Shown here: positions 39,300-52,329 of the stretch, piece by piece
Position numbering within the stretch: the stretch's first letter is position 1
Layout: every line of letters starts with the position of its first letter
Assembly: GCA_951406725.2 (NCBI GenBank)
Contig: OX597840.1
Span: forward strand, 13,578,001-13,642,000
DNA: 64,000 nt
Source of the DNA: Octopus vulgaris
Lineage: Eukaryota
Reading direction: 5' to 3'
Position numbers and translations under genes: made by a program
Notes under the pieces: model-generated
What the model saw: the letters and a program-made list of their open reading frames with translations, nothing else
Database searches by the model: none
Told to the model about the DNA's origin: nothing

Positions 39300-39560
39300 T
39301 TCTTTGCCAGAGGGGCAAATTTTGTTCTTGCATATCATAGATTCATCTATTTCTACGATGTACCCAAGTCCACCAATTTGGTAGGGTTTACACAAAAGAT
39401 AATCACTTGTAATGTCCCCCATGTACTGATACCATTGAATAACAGTAGTTTGTGAAAGACCGGTCATCTCAGACGATGTCTGTATGGCTGTATTATGGGA
39501 CCATAAAGACGTGAGAAGATATTCAGCCGAGTCGTAATTTGCAATTTTCAAGAAACGACT
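39300..39560 (-). mobile_element. Merlin/ISXO2-like transposase fragment
   Basis: TVIQWYQY...IGGLGYIVEIDES matches the IGG.G..VEIDES motif. Confidence 0.7.
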
Positions 39561-39952
39561 TTTTTTATTTAGTTTGTTTAGAAAAAGAATTATTTAAATA
39601 CATTTGCATACGCGCACTCGCGCTAGGTAGTCGACTAGTCACGACTAGCTAGCGCGAGTGCGCGCAGCGGGACCACTCAAGATAATTCTCTCGGGTGGCG
39701 AACCTTCGGTATATGTACCGGATACATTTCAAAAAAGTGTTGTTTTTTTATATATGGGGGGTTAGGGTTAGGGATGGGAGAAAAGGGTTTTTGTTATCTT
39801 CAGAAATGTAAACAAAGTCACGTGTGTACTTATACCGAAGGATCCCCCCAAAATTATTTATTTTGTGTTTTATTTACTTTGCTAGGTGGTCGTTGGAGGA
39901 TGCACGAGTACGCGCACCGGTACCACTCTTCTTAAATAGTACCGTAATAAAT

Positions 39953-40505
39953 TACTTTCCACATATTTCACAGTAAAATGGTTTTCCTATGGTGTATATT
40001 CTTTTCTACTCTAGGCACAAGGCCCGAAATCTTGGGGGAGGGGACCAGTCGATTCGATCGACCCCAGTACGCAACTGGTACTTAATTTATCGACCCCAAA
40101 AGGATGAAAGGCAAAGTGAAGATCGGCGGAATTTGAACTCAGAATGTAAAGACAGACGAAATACCCATTTCTTTACTACCCACAAGGGGTTAAACACAGA
40201 GAGGACAAACGGATAAAGTTGATTACATCGACCCCGAAAGGATGAAAGGCAAAGTCGATCTCGGCGGAATTTGAACTCAGAACGTAAGACAGACGAAATA
40301 CCACAAAGCATTTCGCCCGTCGTGCTAACGTTTCTGTCCTATAGTATGTATTAATTTGTGTGTTATTAAGTCACTGCTTGGCGTGAATAATCTTCCACAT
40401 TTTACACAATAAAAAGGTTTCTCTCCAGGGTGAATACGTTTTTGAACTGCAAGACTAGAAAAATCGGAGAAAGATTTGCCACAGATATCACAGTAATATG
40501 GTTTA
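39953..40505 (-). pseudogene. Decayed C2H2 finger array interrupted by a SINE
   Basis: 40505-40338 reads KPYYCDICGKSFSDFSSLAVQKRIHPGEKPFYCVKCGRLFTPSSDLITHKLIHTIG. After the SINE (about 39998-40336) it resumes GKPFYCEICGK*. The first finger has H>Q. Confidence 0.8.
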
Positions 40506-40939
40506 TTATTATTATTTTTTTAAAATAGTATATTTGATTAGTGAGTGTGTAAGAAGGCTTCCAGTAATGTATATATGTATGTTTTGTATGAATGTAAAAA
40601 CAAATATCCGAAGGCGATACTCTTTCGTTAATGAACGTAATTTATTCCTTGACCACACATGTAGTAGTAGAAAGCACATCCCGAGGTAATTAAGGGTGTA
40701 GCGAGAGACACGAGAGAATTTCTCCATAAACATCCGAGGATTTGGTCCTTAATAGCTGCAAGATGTAAATAGCCAAAGCGTTGCGGAGTCAAGTTGCGAA
40801 GCGAGGTAGGAATCCCATGGCAGCAGGAAACGCCTTTTTTTTGTTTTAATTGGCGTTAAATCAGCAAAGTGCTTTGTCAAATGGACGATCTATCAGCGAC
40901 TGGTGTTCACATCTCAACGGTCCACTGGTAGCAGAAATC

Positions 40940-41216
40940 GGCATTCTTTCGATATAACTCGACAAAGTCAAAACACTTCACTTGGGGTATTTCCGTGGAA
41001 GCAAATGACAGTTCGATTCTTGTTTTCTGCTTGGAAATTTGCGGATTTTACATACACACCTGAAACAGGTAAGAACAAATATGCAAGGCTTTTTTTTCTC
41101 TTCAAGTTCAAAATGTGACATTGCTGGCATAATTTCGTTATATCTATTCTCCACAAACCACGGAAATACCCGAAGTGAAATGTTTTGATTTTGTCGAGTT
41201 ATATCGAAAGAATGCC
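40940..41216. repeat. Inverted repeat, 59-bp arms, just downstream of the ZNF stop codon
   Basis: ggcattctttcgatataactcgacaaa...ccgtgg (40940-40998) / ccacgg...gaaagaatgcc (41158-41216). Confidence 0.85.
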
Positions 41217-41347
41217 CAGAAACCTTACCTTTCAAAACTGGCGCACTTCACTGCTGGGCACTCACCTGTACCCTTCCGCAACCAGCAGTAATTGGGTGTT
41301 TGGAGCGTAGCACCACTGAGCTATGCCGTCACAACAAAATAGTCTGG

Positions 41348-42657
41348 CTAACATGTCTCACTGCAGTTTCTCTCGTGTTTCGTTAAGTCGCTGTTTGTAA
41401 TAAATGATTTCCCACAGATATCGCAACGAAAAGGTTCTTCTTCAGTGTGACTACGCTTGTGAACTACAAGGCGGGAATTCTTAGAGAAGGATTTCCCACA
41501 AATATCACAACAAAAGGCTCTTTCTCGTGTGTGTACTTGTTTGTGCATTTTTAAGTCACAGTTGGTGTCAAAATATTCCCCACAAATCCCACACTGGTAG
41601 GGGTTTCCTCCAGTGTGAATTTTCTTGTGTTTCGTTAAGTCACTATCGGTGACACAGGATTTCCCACAAATGTCACAACGGAAAGGTTTCTCTCCCGTGT
41701 GGCTACGTTTGTGAATTGTAACATGAGAACTATTAGAAAAGGATTTTCCACAGATGTCGCAATGGAAAGGTTTTTCTCCCGTGTGACGACGTTCATGTAC
41801 TACAAGATGGGAACTATGTGAGAATGATTTCCCACAGATGTCACACCGATAAGGTTTTTCTCCAGTGTGACTACGTTTGTGGAGAATGAAACAAAAATTC
41901 TGAGCGAAAGATTTTCCACAGACGTCACAGTGAAACGGTTTTTCCCCCGTGTGGATTCGTTTATGTGTCACCAAGTGGTCGTTTGTGATAAAAGATTTTC
42001 CACATATTTCACAGTGGTACGGTTTCTCCCCGGTGTGTTGTCTTTTGTGAACAATAAGATTAGATTTATCAGAGAAAGATGTCCCACATATATCACAATG
42101 ATACGGCTTTTCCCCCGTGTGTACTCTTTTGTGTCTCGCTAAATTACTGTTGGAGATGAAATATTTTCCACACGTTTCGCAGAGGAATGGTTTTTCCCCA
42201 GTATGAGTTCGTTTGTGTCTTGTTAATGTACCGTTGGAGACAAAAGATCGCTCGCATATTTCACAGTGGAAAAGTCTTTTCGTTTCATGCATTCTTTTGT
42301 GTGTGAAGACTTCATGTTCCGAAGACAATGTTTTCTTACAAATTTCACAATGATATTCAAGATTTCCGTATAATGAACTTTGTTTCATAAATGTTTCACC
42401 GCACAAAGGTTTCTCGTCATTGCATGTCTGCGGAACTAAATCTACATTGTCAAAAACAATTGGGTGTGAAGTATCCAAGGGTTTGACGTCCTCCATTGCG
42501 ATTCTTAAAAGCCGAGAAATATTTGAGTCACCTCGACAATAACTTAGTTTGTTGTCTTCGACATCACCACTTAAATAATGATCGTTGCTGGAAAGACTAT
42601 CTCCTTCGAGGGGCCCACATATAGCTGAAGCCAAAGACTTGTATTTTACATTAAGAA
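41348..42657 (-). CDS. C2H2 zinc-finger protein, 12 tandem fingers (last is C2HC), encoded in one large exon
   Basis: Open frame with repeated CxxC...HxxxH and TGEKP linkers. The ORF track start at 42634 is TTG; first in-frame ATG is 42496 (382 aa). A branch-point CACTAAC (42690-42684) and acceptor CAG (42660-42658) suggest the exon starts at 42657. Confidence 0.93.
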
Positions 42658-43097
42658 CTGTGGTTTTGGTAAACGAAAGTTACGTTAGTGAAAAATATAA
42701 AACATCCATAAATCTTGGTTACACTCTTTCGGGTGAAATCGGAATCCTTCTGCTGTGAGTTGAGATGGAAACACTCAGTTCGCATTTGTGAAGCAGGAAA
42801 ATAATGACCAGGTTATTCTCTGATGTTAGAGAAAGAAAATGGTGTGTGTGTGTGTGTGTTAATTGCTCGTTAATTGGTAATGAAAACTTATTTACCTGGT
42901 CCTGTTAGGGAACGATTAAGGACGTAACGTAGTTTGTGGTGGAATATTTAATCTTGCAGCCGATGAAACAACGACTTGAATATATATTGGACATAATATA
43001 TTATGCACAACAATTAAATTTCGCTTTTACACGATATAATTACTACGATCGAGTACAATTAAATGTATCGAGGTCAAGAAGAACGGGACGGTGTAAT

Positions 43098-43170
43098 CAA
43101 TAATTTTCCCCTCGTTTCATTGGTGCCGGTGTCATTAATAATTTTCCCCTCGTCTCATTGGTGCCGGTGA
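43098..43170 (-). promoter_or_regulatory. Candidate ZNF promoter: tandem 33-bp repeat, each unit with a CCAAT box
   Basis: aataattttcccctcgt(t/c)tcattggtgccggtg x2 in a CpG-richer patch. Candidate donor CAG|GTAAAT at 42896. Confidence 0.4.
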
Positions 43171-43539
43171 TATAAGTTAAGTGTCCCTATCGTGATTTAA
43201 TACTTAGAGAAACGCGTTTTGTTTTATCAATATCATAAAATTGTTTTACAAGGTTTGATGATGGAGAAAGAATACCATCACCATCGTCGTCAACACTACA
43301 CTTCATACTATAGAAACGATGGTAACCAGTTCTTTCTTTACGACCTCTTCCATTTTCTTTAAAACTTTACAGAAATTTAGCAGGAGTGGCTGTGTGGTAA
43401 GACGTTTGCTTCCCAACCATATGGTTCCATGTTCAGTCCTACTGCGTGGCACCTTGGTCAAGTGTCTTCTTCTATAGCCTTAGGCTGACCAAAGCCTTGT
43501 GAGTGGCCTGGGTAGACGGGAACTAAATGAAGACCGTCG

Positions 43540-43591
<52 letters not shown>

Positions 43592-43620
43592 AGAGTGTAT
43601 GTGTGTGTGTGTCTTTGTGT

Positions 43621-43743
43621 CGTCACTGCTTAAATACAAAGGTCCCACTGCATCTACGTAGCAATATATTTTTACAGTGCACTCTCGTTACGGTTAGTTT
43701 TTAAGGTTAGGGTTACGTGGGACCTCTGTACTTAAGTAGTACC
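43621..43743. mobile_element. Small TIR element with GGTTAGGGTTA, nested in a SINE
   Basis: actgcttaaatacaaaggtcccac / gtgggacctctgtacttaagtagt. Confidence 0.65.
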
Positions 43744-45599
43744 TTTGAGTTTGTGTTTGTTCCTCCCCCCCACTCCATTACCGCATGACAAACGGTGTTG
43801 GTGTGTTTATGTCCCCACCCCAACCCCGTAATTTAGTGGTTCAGCAAAAGAGACCGATAGGATTAGTACCAGGCTTAAAAAATAAGTACTGGGGTCGATT
43901 CAATCAACTAAGAATTCAAGGCAGTGCCCCAGCATGGCCACAGTCTAATGACTGAAACAAGTAAAAAAAGGAGAAAAAAAATAAAGATCAGATTTCAATT
44001 TTTAAAAAACGTCCCCCTTCTATTCAGATTTTGTACCACCCTCCTTTGTTCAATTGCAAATGCATGGATGTCTGCTGAACCAACAATCAACACACGACTT
44101 CAATTTGGTTGGTCCACATGCTTGAAATAGCAGTCAAATCTTCCTCAAGTCACATACCTAATGTCTTATAAAAAGGACCCATTGGACAATATAATCAAAG
44201 ACATGTAAAAGTATTAAGATTATGATTCTAAGAAATAATTTTTCCAAATTTCAATTTTTGAAATCACCCTTACTATTGGTTTTATGGAATGACAATAGAT
44301 GCCTGACAACCTGCTTCCATTCCGGGAGAAAAAAAGATTGGGTGAGGTGGGAGCACAAGTGGAAGTTTACCATATAGGCATAGGAGTGGCTGTGTGGTAA
44401 GTAGCTTGCTTGCCAACCATATGGTTCCGGGTTCAGTCCCACTGTGTGGCACCTTGGGCAAGTGTCTTCTACTATAGCCTCAGGCCAACCAAAGCCTTGT
44501 GAGTGGATTTGATAGACGGAAACTGAAAGAAGCCTATCGTATATATATATATTTATATATATGTATATACGTATGTGTGTGTATGTTTGTGTGTCTGTGT
44601 TTGTCCCCCCCAACATCGCTTGTGTGTTAACGTCCCCGTAACTTAGCAGTTCGGCAAAAGAGAGACCAATAGAATAAGCACTAGGCTTACAAAAAATAAA
44701 TCCTGGGGTCAGTTTGCTCGACTAAAGGCGGTGCTCCAGCATGGCCACAGTCACATGACTGAAACAAGTAAAAGAGTATATGTTTGAGGTAGAACTCTGG
44801 TGACTGGAAAGAGGCAGACAAATTGCTATGGAAAATAAGATTAAGATGGTTTTCAACTTTTAAAACTTGCCCAACATCATGGCGAAGAAAGGGGAACCAT
44901 ATGGATGTAAACTGTGTTTTGCTTTATTAAATAAAGAGGCAGAGGCAAAAAAAATTTACCAAATATTTTGGTTTGAGTAGAGCAAGATGAACTGTGCTGA
45001 GCCATTCATTATTTTATTGGATGTAATTAAACTGAAAGCTGATAAGATGTTAAAGGTGAGTTATTTGAGGGAGATTTGGGTGTTATTACAAGTGACCACA
45101 TTGAGGCCTTCCTCAGACAGTTGCCAATTTTCTTCTTACTCTTTTACACGTTTCAGTCATTTGACTGTGACCATGCTGGAGCACCACTTTTAGTCAAAGT
45201 AATCGACCCCAGGACTCATACTTATTCTATCAGTCTCTTTTGCCAAACTGCTAAGTTTCAGGACCATAAACACACCAACATCGGTTGACAAGCGATGGTG
45301 GGGTGACAAACTCGACACAACGAAACACACATATTAATAAATGTGCATATATACGACAGGCTTCTTTCAGTTTCCGTCTACCAAATCCACTTTCAAGGCT
45401 TTGGTCGGCCCAAGGCTACAGTAGAAGACACTTGGCCAAGGTGCCACACAGTGGAACTGAACCCAGAACTGTGTGATTGGTAAGCAAGCTTCTTACCACA
45501 CAGACACGTGTGTGCCTTTTTAGATATATATTTTTTAGTTACACTTCAAAATACAGCAATTATCCAGCAAACTTGGTGTCAGAAGTGGCCCAGAATTGT

Positions 45600-46100
45600 A
45601 GATTTTCTGGTTTTCTGGAGACATTGAACATATTTTGACAAGCTTACAGCCATGAGGCAATGTTTCAAGTAGCACAGGCGCCTCAAAAGTGGAGGAATGT
45701 CTCTAGATGACAATGAGCAATCTGGAAGTCCTGTAGTGAGTGTCAACCCCAAGACATGTGGAGAAAATACATCAGTTTGTGCATGAAGTCATTGGAGCAC
45801 AATCAACAACATTGCTGATGGTTCCATGTAGGCAATCCTAACATCTGAATTGAACATGCAACTTGTCTCTGCAAAGTTTGTTCCCCACCTGCTGACCACT
45901 GAGCAGAAGAGCATCGTGCCAAAGTCTGTCAAGATCTCCGTCAGCATGCTGCTGATGGTCCATCCTTCATGTTGAGGACCATCACTGGTGATGAGAGTTG
46001 AGTCTATGGGCATGACCCCTGAAACAAAGCAACAGTCATTACAAGGGAAGAGCCCTTCATATCCACGACTGAAGAACCCACAACACAGCTGCAGCCCATC
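45600..46100 (+). mobile_element. Mariner remnant
   Basis: Similar to 3700-3870; AKFVPHLLT and ITGDES.VYGHDPETKQQS-like motifs. Confidence 0.7.
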
Positions 46101-49100
46101 ATTGGTATTTACTCTTTTACTTGTTTCAGTCATTTGACTGCAGCCATGCTGGAGCACCACTTTTAGTCGAGCAAACTGACCCCAGGACTTATTCTTTGTA
46201 AGCCTTGTACTTATTCTATCGGTCTCTTTTTGCCGAACCACTAAGTTATGGGGACATAAACATACCAGCATTGATTGTCGAGTGACGGTGGTGGGGGGGG
46301 ACAAACACAAACATATGCACACACATACATATATATATACATATATACGATGGGCTTCGTTCAGTTTCTGTCTACCAAATCCACTCACAAGTGTTATGTC
46401 TTCACTCTCTATTTATTATTTCTTTACTGCCCACAAGGGGCTAAACATAGAAGGGACAAACAAAGGGATTAAGTCGATTACATCGACCCCAGTGTGTAAC
46501 TGGTACTTAATTTATCGACCCTGAAAGGATAAAAGGCAAAGTTGACTTCGGCGGAATTTGAACTTAGAACATAAAGACAGACAAAATACCGCTAAGCATT
46601 TCGCTTGGCGCACTAATGTTTCTGCCAGCTTGCTGCCTTTCTCACAATACTTATTGCTAACTTTCACTTTGTTGATAGCAACATCGAACATGGCTTGTAT
46701 GTGTATAGTATTGATAAACTTTTCATCATCTCAGATCAGAGTGAAGGATTCTGTTGAAGTCTTTCTCCAAGTTCACAAAGTACAGCAGCTTGGGCATACT
46801 TAAGTACTTCTGCAATCTTCTTATTTCTTTATTGCCCACAAGGGGCTAAACATAGAAGGGACAAACAAGGACAGACAAAGGGATTAAGTTGATTACATTG
46901 ACCCCAGTGCATAACTGGTACTTAATTTATCGACCCCAAAAGGATGAAAGGCAAAGTCGACCTCGGCGGAATTTGAACTCAGAACGTAGAGGCAGATGAA
47001 ATATCTATTTCTTTACTACCCACAAGGGGCTAAACACAGAGAGGACAAACAAGGACAGACAAACAGATTAAGTCGATTATATCAACCCCAGTGCATAACT
47101 GGTACTTATTTATTCGACCCCGAAAGAATGAAAGGCAAAGTCGACCTCGGCGGAATTTGAACTCAGAACATAATGGCAGACGAAATACCACTAAGCATTT
47201 CACCCGCCTTCTGCAATCTTCTTATTGGAAAGATGGCATCAGTAGTACTTCTTCACCTCAGATATACTCATTCTTTTCATCATGAATTGATTTCCAACTC
47301 TTTCCGTAACATTCATAATCTGTTCCAACAGTTTGATACTCCTATAACTAACTCTAAAGCATCCTTTTTGCCCTTGTAACAAATAGTTGCACTGCTAGCA
47401 ATGACTAGGAACTAGCTAGTTCAATTAACTAGCAAGTATCCTAGTCCACCAGGCATTTTGAAGATCTCTTGGAAGCTTTCTGATGGATGTGCCTTCATAT
47501 TTTTTGTTATGTATGATAATTGCTTTATCACACTGCAGTCAATTGGATCTATACATAGAGACCCTCTTTCTCCCACACTCAGTAGCTTTTCATAGTTGCC
47601 TTTCCTTGCTCCTTTCCAAAATCAGTAAGCACAAAGGCGTCGTTATACATCTGCACACACACACACACACATCTTGATTCTCTCTTATATATTGTCTTGC
47701 AATCTGGAATTCTTCATGTCTCTCTGATCCTCTGACAGTAGAATATTGTAAACATCTTACATTTTGTTTCTTCCCTAGCTAAGTGCATTTTAGTTCAGGT
47801 GTACTGAGCCAAGCTTCTCTTCAAGTTACCTGTTTTAGTTCTCTGCAGCCCTCTTTCTTCCGGGTGACATGGAAGTGAACAGAGTCCTCTCCTCCTCTCA
47901 TATATGTTGTCGCAGTATCATCTTTCCATGTTCATCTTCCAAGGGTCAGACTACATATATATCATCATCATCATTGTTTAGCGTCCGCTTTCCATGCTAG
48001 CATGGGTTGGATGGTTTGACTGGGGTCTGGGAAGCCAGGAGGCTGCACCATGCTCCAGTCCGATCTGGCAGTGTTTCTACAGTTGGATGCCCTTCCTAAT
48101 GCCAACCACTCCGTGAGTGTAGTGGGTGCTTTTTACGTGCCACCGACACAGGGGCCACAGTAGGCTGGTAACAGCCACGATCAGTTGGTGCTTTTTACAT
48201 GCCACCAGTACAGACGCCAGTCAAGGCAGCGCTGGCATCGGCCACGTTCAGATGGTGTTTTTTATGTGCCACCAGCACGGGTTTCCATTTGATTTTTATT
48301 TTACTGTTAATGTACTTGATTCAATAGGTCTCCTCAAGCACAGCAGGTCGTCCTGCGAGCCATGAACTCACTTTATTTGTCGGGTCTTCACAGTCATGTA
48401 AATAAATATGAAAAAATAAAATAAAATATTTCCTTCTCGAGCCATGCCAGGCTCATGAGGGCTGGTTTCCCAGTGTATATATTCCCCATCTGGATAGGAC
48501 GCTAGTCTGTCACAAGATTACTCACTTTTGCCAGCTGAATGGGCTGGATCAACGTGAAAATAAGCGTTTTGCTCAAGAACATGATGCATCACCGGGTCCA
48601 GGAATTGAAACCACAATCTGATGATCAAGAGTCCAACACCCTAACCACTAAGCTACATGCCTCCACTGTAAATTTAAACACATTGCCTAAAAATATGACA
48701 GTCAAGGCTGAAAAAATGCTTTTGATTATAAGCCGGCTGGATCAGACCTTTCACTAAACATCAGCTTAGTCTATGTCAAGCCAACAAGGATACTCAGTTT
48801 TCTAGAAATAGAAGCCAAATAACCCTCAAATACCACCCTATCTTCTGAAATAAGCTTTACATACCCCTGATAAAAACAGGATGGTTCAATCACTTAGCCT
48901 GGAGTGTGTGAACTGCAGAGAGTGGCCTTTTATGCGTTGGCTGTAGTTAAATGTATCTTATGCTTAAGGAGTTGTTGGAATGACCTCAGCTGCAACACTT
49001 TTAATTATAGGTTTGCTAAACCAGGGCCCTACTAGTTCTAAACATCAACTTAAACTATGTTCTCATCAGTGGTGATCTGACATTTTCCCTAGTTTCTTCT

Positions 49101-52100
49101 ACCACAAACAAACACTCTCTGATAACGATGCACCATATTATCACTATGTCCATACCTTGAACTGTTAATCTGTTTTAACCCATATATGCCCATAACAAAA
49201 AATGAAGTCTTCAAATTTCATTGTACTTAAACATTATGGTAAGCTTTCACAATCTGGAAGAGAAGGACAGCATGTTCACTACGGGTGTCGACTTCCTACT
49301 GAACATTTCGTATGCTCAGTCAGATGCGCTCATGTCCAAACAAGAAGGAGCAGGTTTTGCATTGTGAAAACGCAACCAGGGGTATATATGAGTCAATTGT
49401 CTATTATCAAGGGGAAAGTTTCACAGGAGTGATACCAGAAAACTCAACAGTAGGACGCTCTTTCGGCAACCTTTGCAACATTCACCAAAGCACAGCTTTG
49501 TAAAATATCACAGGACATGGTGCCACATCATTTTGTGCCATGAAAATGGTGTTCATACAGACCTCGATGTGCAACAGTGTCAATGAAAGCGAATATACGA
49601 GAACCAGTATTGTTCTTATTACTTTCCAGTTAGCTTTGCTTTGTCATCTAGATTTATGCCACAAGTATTTTTGAGTTATTTTCTCTGAGCTCCCTCGTTT
49701 ACCCTGCTGTCACCCCCACCATGCACTATGTCCGTATAATCAATTTTCAGGCCATCTCTACTAAATGTCACCACTCTGTTCTCATGCATTCCTTACCCTT
49801 TCCCTCTCTACTGGCAAACAGCCACTTCTACACAATCAACTACCAACCAGCAAGCGAACTTGTTACTGCCACTACAATTACCGTATTTTCCACTGTATAA
49901 ACCGCTATTTTTTACCTGGGAAATTCAGTGAGTGGCTTATAGAAAGGTGCGTCTAACATGTGTACTTTTAGGAGGAAAATAATTTGTGTATGGAGACTGA
50001 CTGATTCCACTGAATTTTTCAGAAGAAAGGTTGGTTGGTGAACAATGTGAAAGACTACGGCCACAGTACATTGGTGCCAGGAAGAAAACGAAGCATATTT
50101 TTGTTTTGTTTCACCTTCATGCTTTGATAATGTCATTTTTAATCTAATAAAGACTTTAATATTGACAAAATGTGTTTGTTGTTGATTATAGTAAGATAAA
50201 ATCATAACAATAACAAAGCATCTCATAGTTGTAAAATAAGGCATTTTGAAACTACATACACGTCAAAAACAAAGGAGCTAGCTGCAGACCCGTAGCTCTA
50301 TAGATCTTTTAAACATCGGTGCACTTTGTGAGGATAAAACCAAAATTTTCCCCAAAATTTAGCCTTGCGGCTTAAACACTGATTTTGGGCAAATGAATAA
50401 ATATATGTAAATAATATTTCTTCCTTCTTGGTGTTGATTCTTCAATGTTTACTGGTTACTCTGATGTGAGAACCCTAAAAAAAAGCGTGTAATAGGCAAC
50501 GCAGGCAGGAAACAAAAAATAAAATAGAACAGAGTGGTGACATTTAGTAGAGATGACCCAGAAGTTGTTCCTCTTTGATTACCATTGCAAATAGCAGCAG
50601 CTTTCTTCAACTGAATACATATCGCTGATTGGTTAAAATTTACCCAAATACAACCGTAACGTGAAATAACTTCTAAAATGTTCAAAGTGAACTGTGTTCT
50701 GCATTAGAAATTACACCAGTATACGAAGTTAAAAACAATTAATTAAAAAATCTGTGAGCCGAACTGAAAAGATTACTCTCTTTTTACTCGTTTCAGTCAT
50801 TTGACTGCAGCCATGCTGGAGCACCGCCTTTAATCAAGGAACTCGACCCCGGGACTTATTCTTTTGTAAGCCCAGTACTTAGTCTATCGGTCTCTTTTGC
50901 CGAATCGCTAAGTAACAGGGACATAAACACACCAGCATCGGTTGTCAAGCAATGCTAGGGGGACAAACACACACATGCATATATATATATATATATATAT
51001 ACGACGGGCTTCTTTCAATTTCCGTCTACCAAATCCACTCACAAGGCTTTGGTTGGCCCAAGGCTATAGTAGAAGACACTTGCCCAAGGTGCCACGCAGT
51101 GGAACTGAACCCAGAACCATGTGGTTGGTAAACAAACTACTTACCACACAGCCACTCTTCATTATTTTTTTAAAATCAAATTAAAAGAGCAATGATGACA
51201 AAAAAGGATTGTGGTGAGCTACACAGCTCCTGGTTTCAAATTGAGTTTGGAAGTAGCATTTTCTCACTTGAGAGAGATACTGTATGCAACATGTCACTTC
51301 AATTATACAGATAAAAATTTTTTAAATAAGAAATTGTGATACTAAAATGGAGATAAATAGAAAAAAAAAGTAAATAATTTTTAAAACTTTTTATTATATT
51401 TTGAGTGTGTACATATACACACACACACATATTTGTATGTAGATTATCATTATTTTTACATTAAATGTTGTGTTATACATCTGTGTGGGTGTCTCTATAT
51501 ATATATATATACACGCACACACACATACACACACACATAACCAAATAATACTAGGTGAAAATTCATATATACATAGATTAGGTAACAACTGCCATGTAAG
51601 ACAAGATTAAAAACACACACGTGGGTGTGTGGGTGTTTGTGTGTGTATGTATGAGTGTGTGCGCGCGCACGCAAATCCTACCTGTGCCTTCTAAATTTGC
51701 CACACCGCATATCACTTATATAAAATCACCCTCCCACCCCAACGCCTCATTCTTTTCTCTCCCTTCCCACCACTCCCAGAGGGGTCAGTTAGCACAGAAG
51801 GTGTGAGAGGGGACAGTGCAGGATGAGACAGCTGGGAAAAAATGTGATAGTGGAAAGAAAGACAGAACGAAAAAAAAAAAAGTTCTTTACAACCTGTTGG
51901 TGGTAGCGAGGAGGAAGAGGAGGGGAAAAAACAGTTTAAAAAGAAAAATACATTTTTGCCCACCCAACCAAAATGATGCCATCATCCACATTTTTAATAA
52001 GCACACCTCTTCTTCTATCCGTTACTGTTAAGTATCAGGAGGTGGTGTTAATAATAGGTTTAGGGTGAGTGAGTGGAGTGGTGCGAGCTGGAAGAAGTTG

Positions 52101-52193
52101 GTTTAGCTCCACCCCACCACAGTTTTTTTTTTTCCTTTTCTTTTCATTCCTCCCCACTTCTTTTTTTGCTTCTTGTTGTCCTCTTCTTCTTCT

Positions 52194-52329
52194 TCAGTAC
52201 TTGTTGATGCCAAACAACCGTACACCATGGAACTGGGGTAATTTTGGAATAAGGTTCAGTGCAAGAACAAATGCATTGATAAGAAAGTGGTAAGTGTCGT
52301 ATTTTGTATAAAAACTGGCCAGGAAAAAT
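52194..52329 (-). CDS. ORMDL: ORMDL coding exon 3 (terminal)
   Basis: tttctctttccatttctag acceptor; [44 protein letters not shown]. Total CDS 462 nt = 153 aa. Confidence 0.96.

Noticed and set aside
50410-50530. Strong minus-strand acceptor-like sequence at about 50475
   Set aside because: All frames stop within a few codons and there is no recognisable homology, so it cannot be assigned to a gene.
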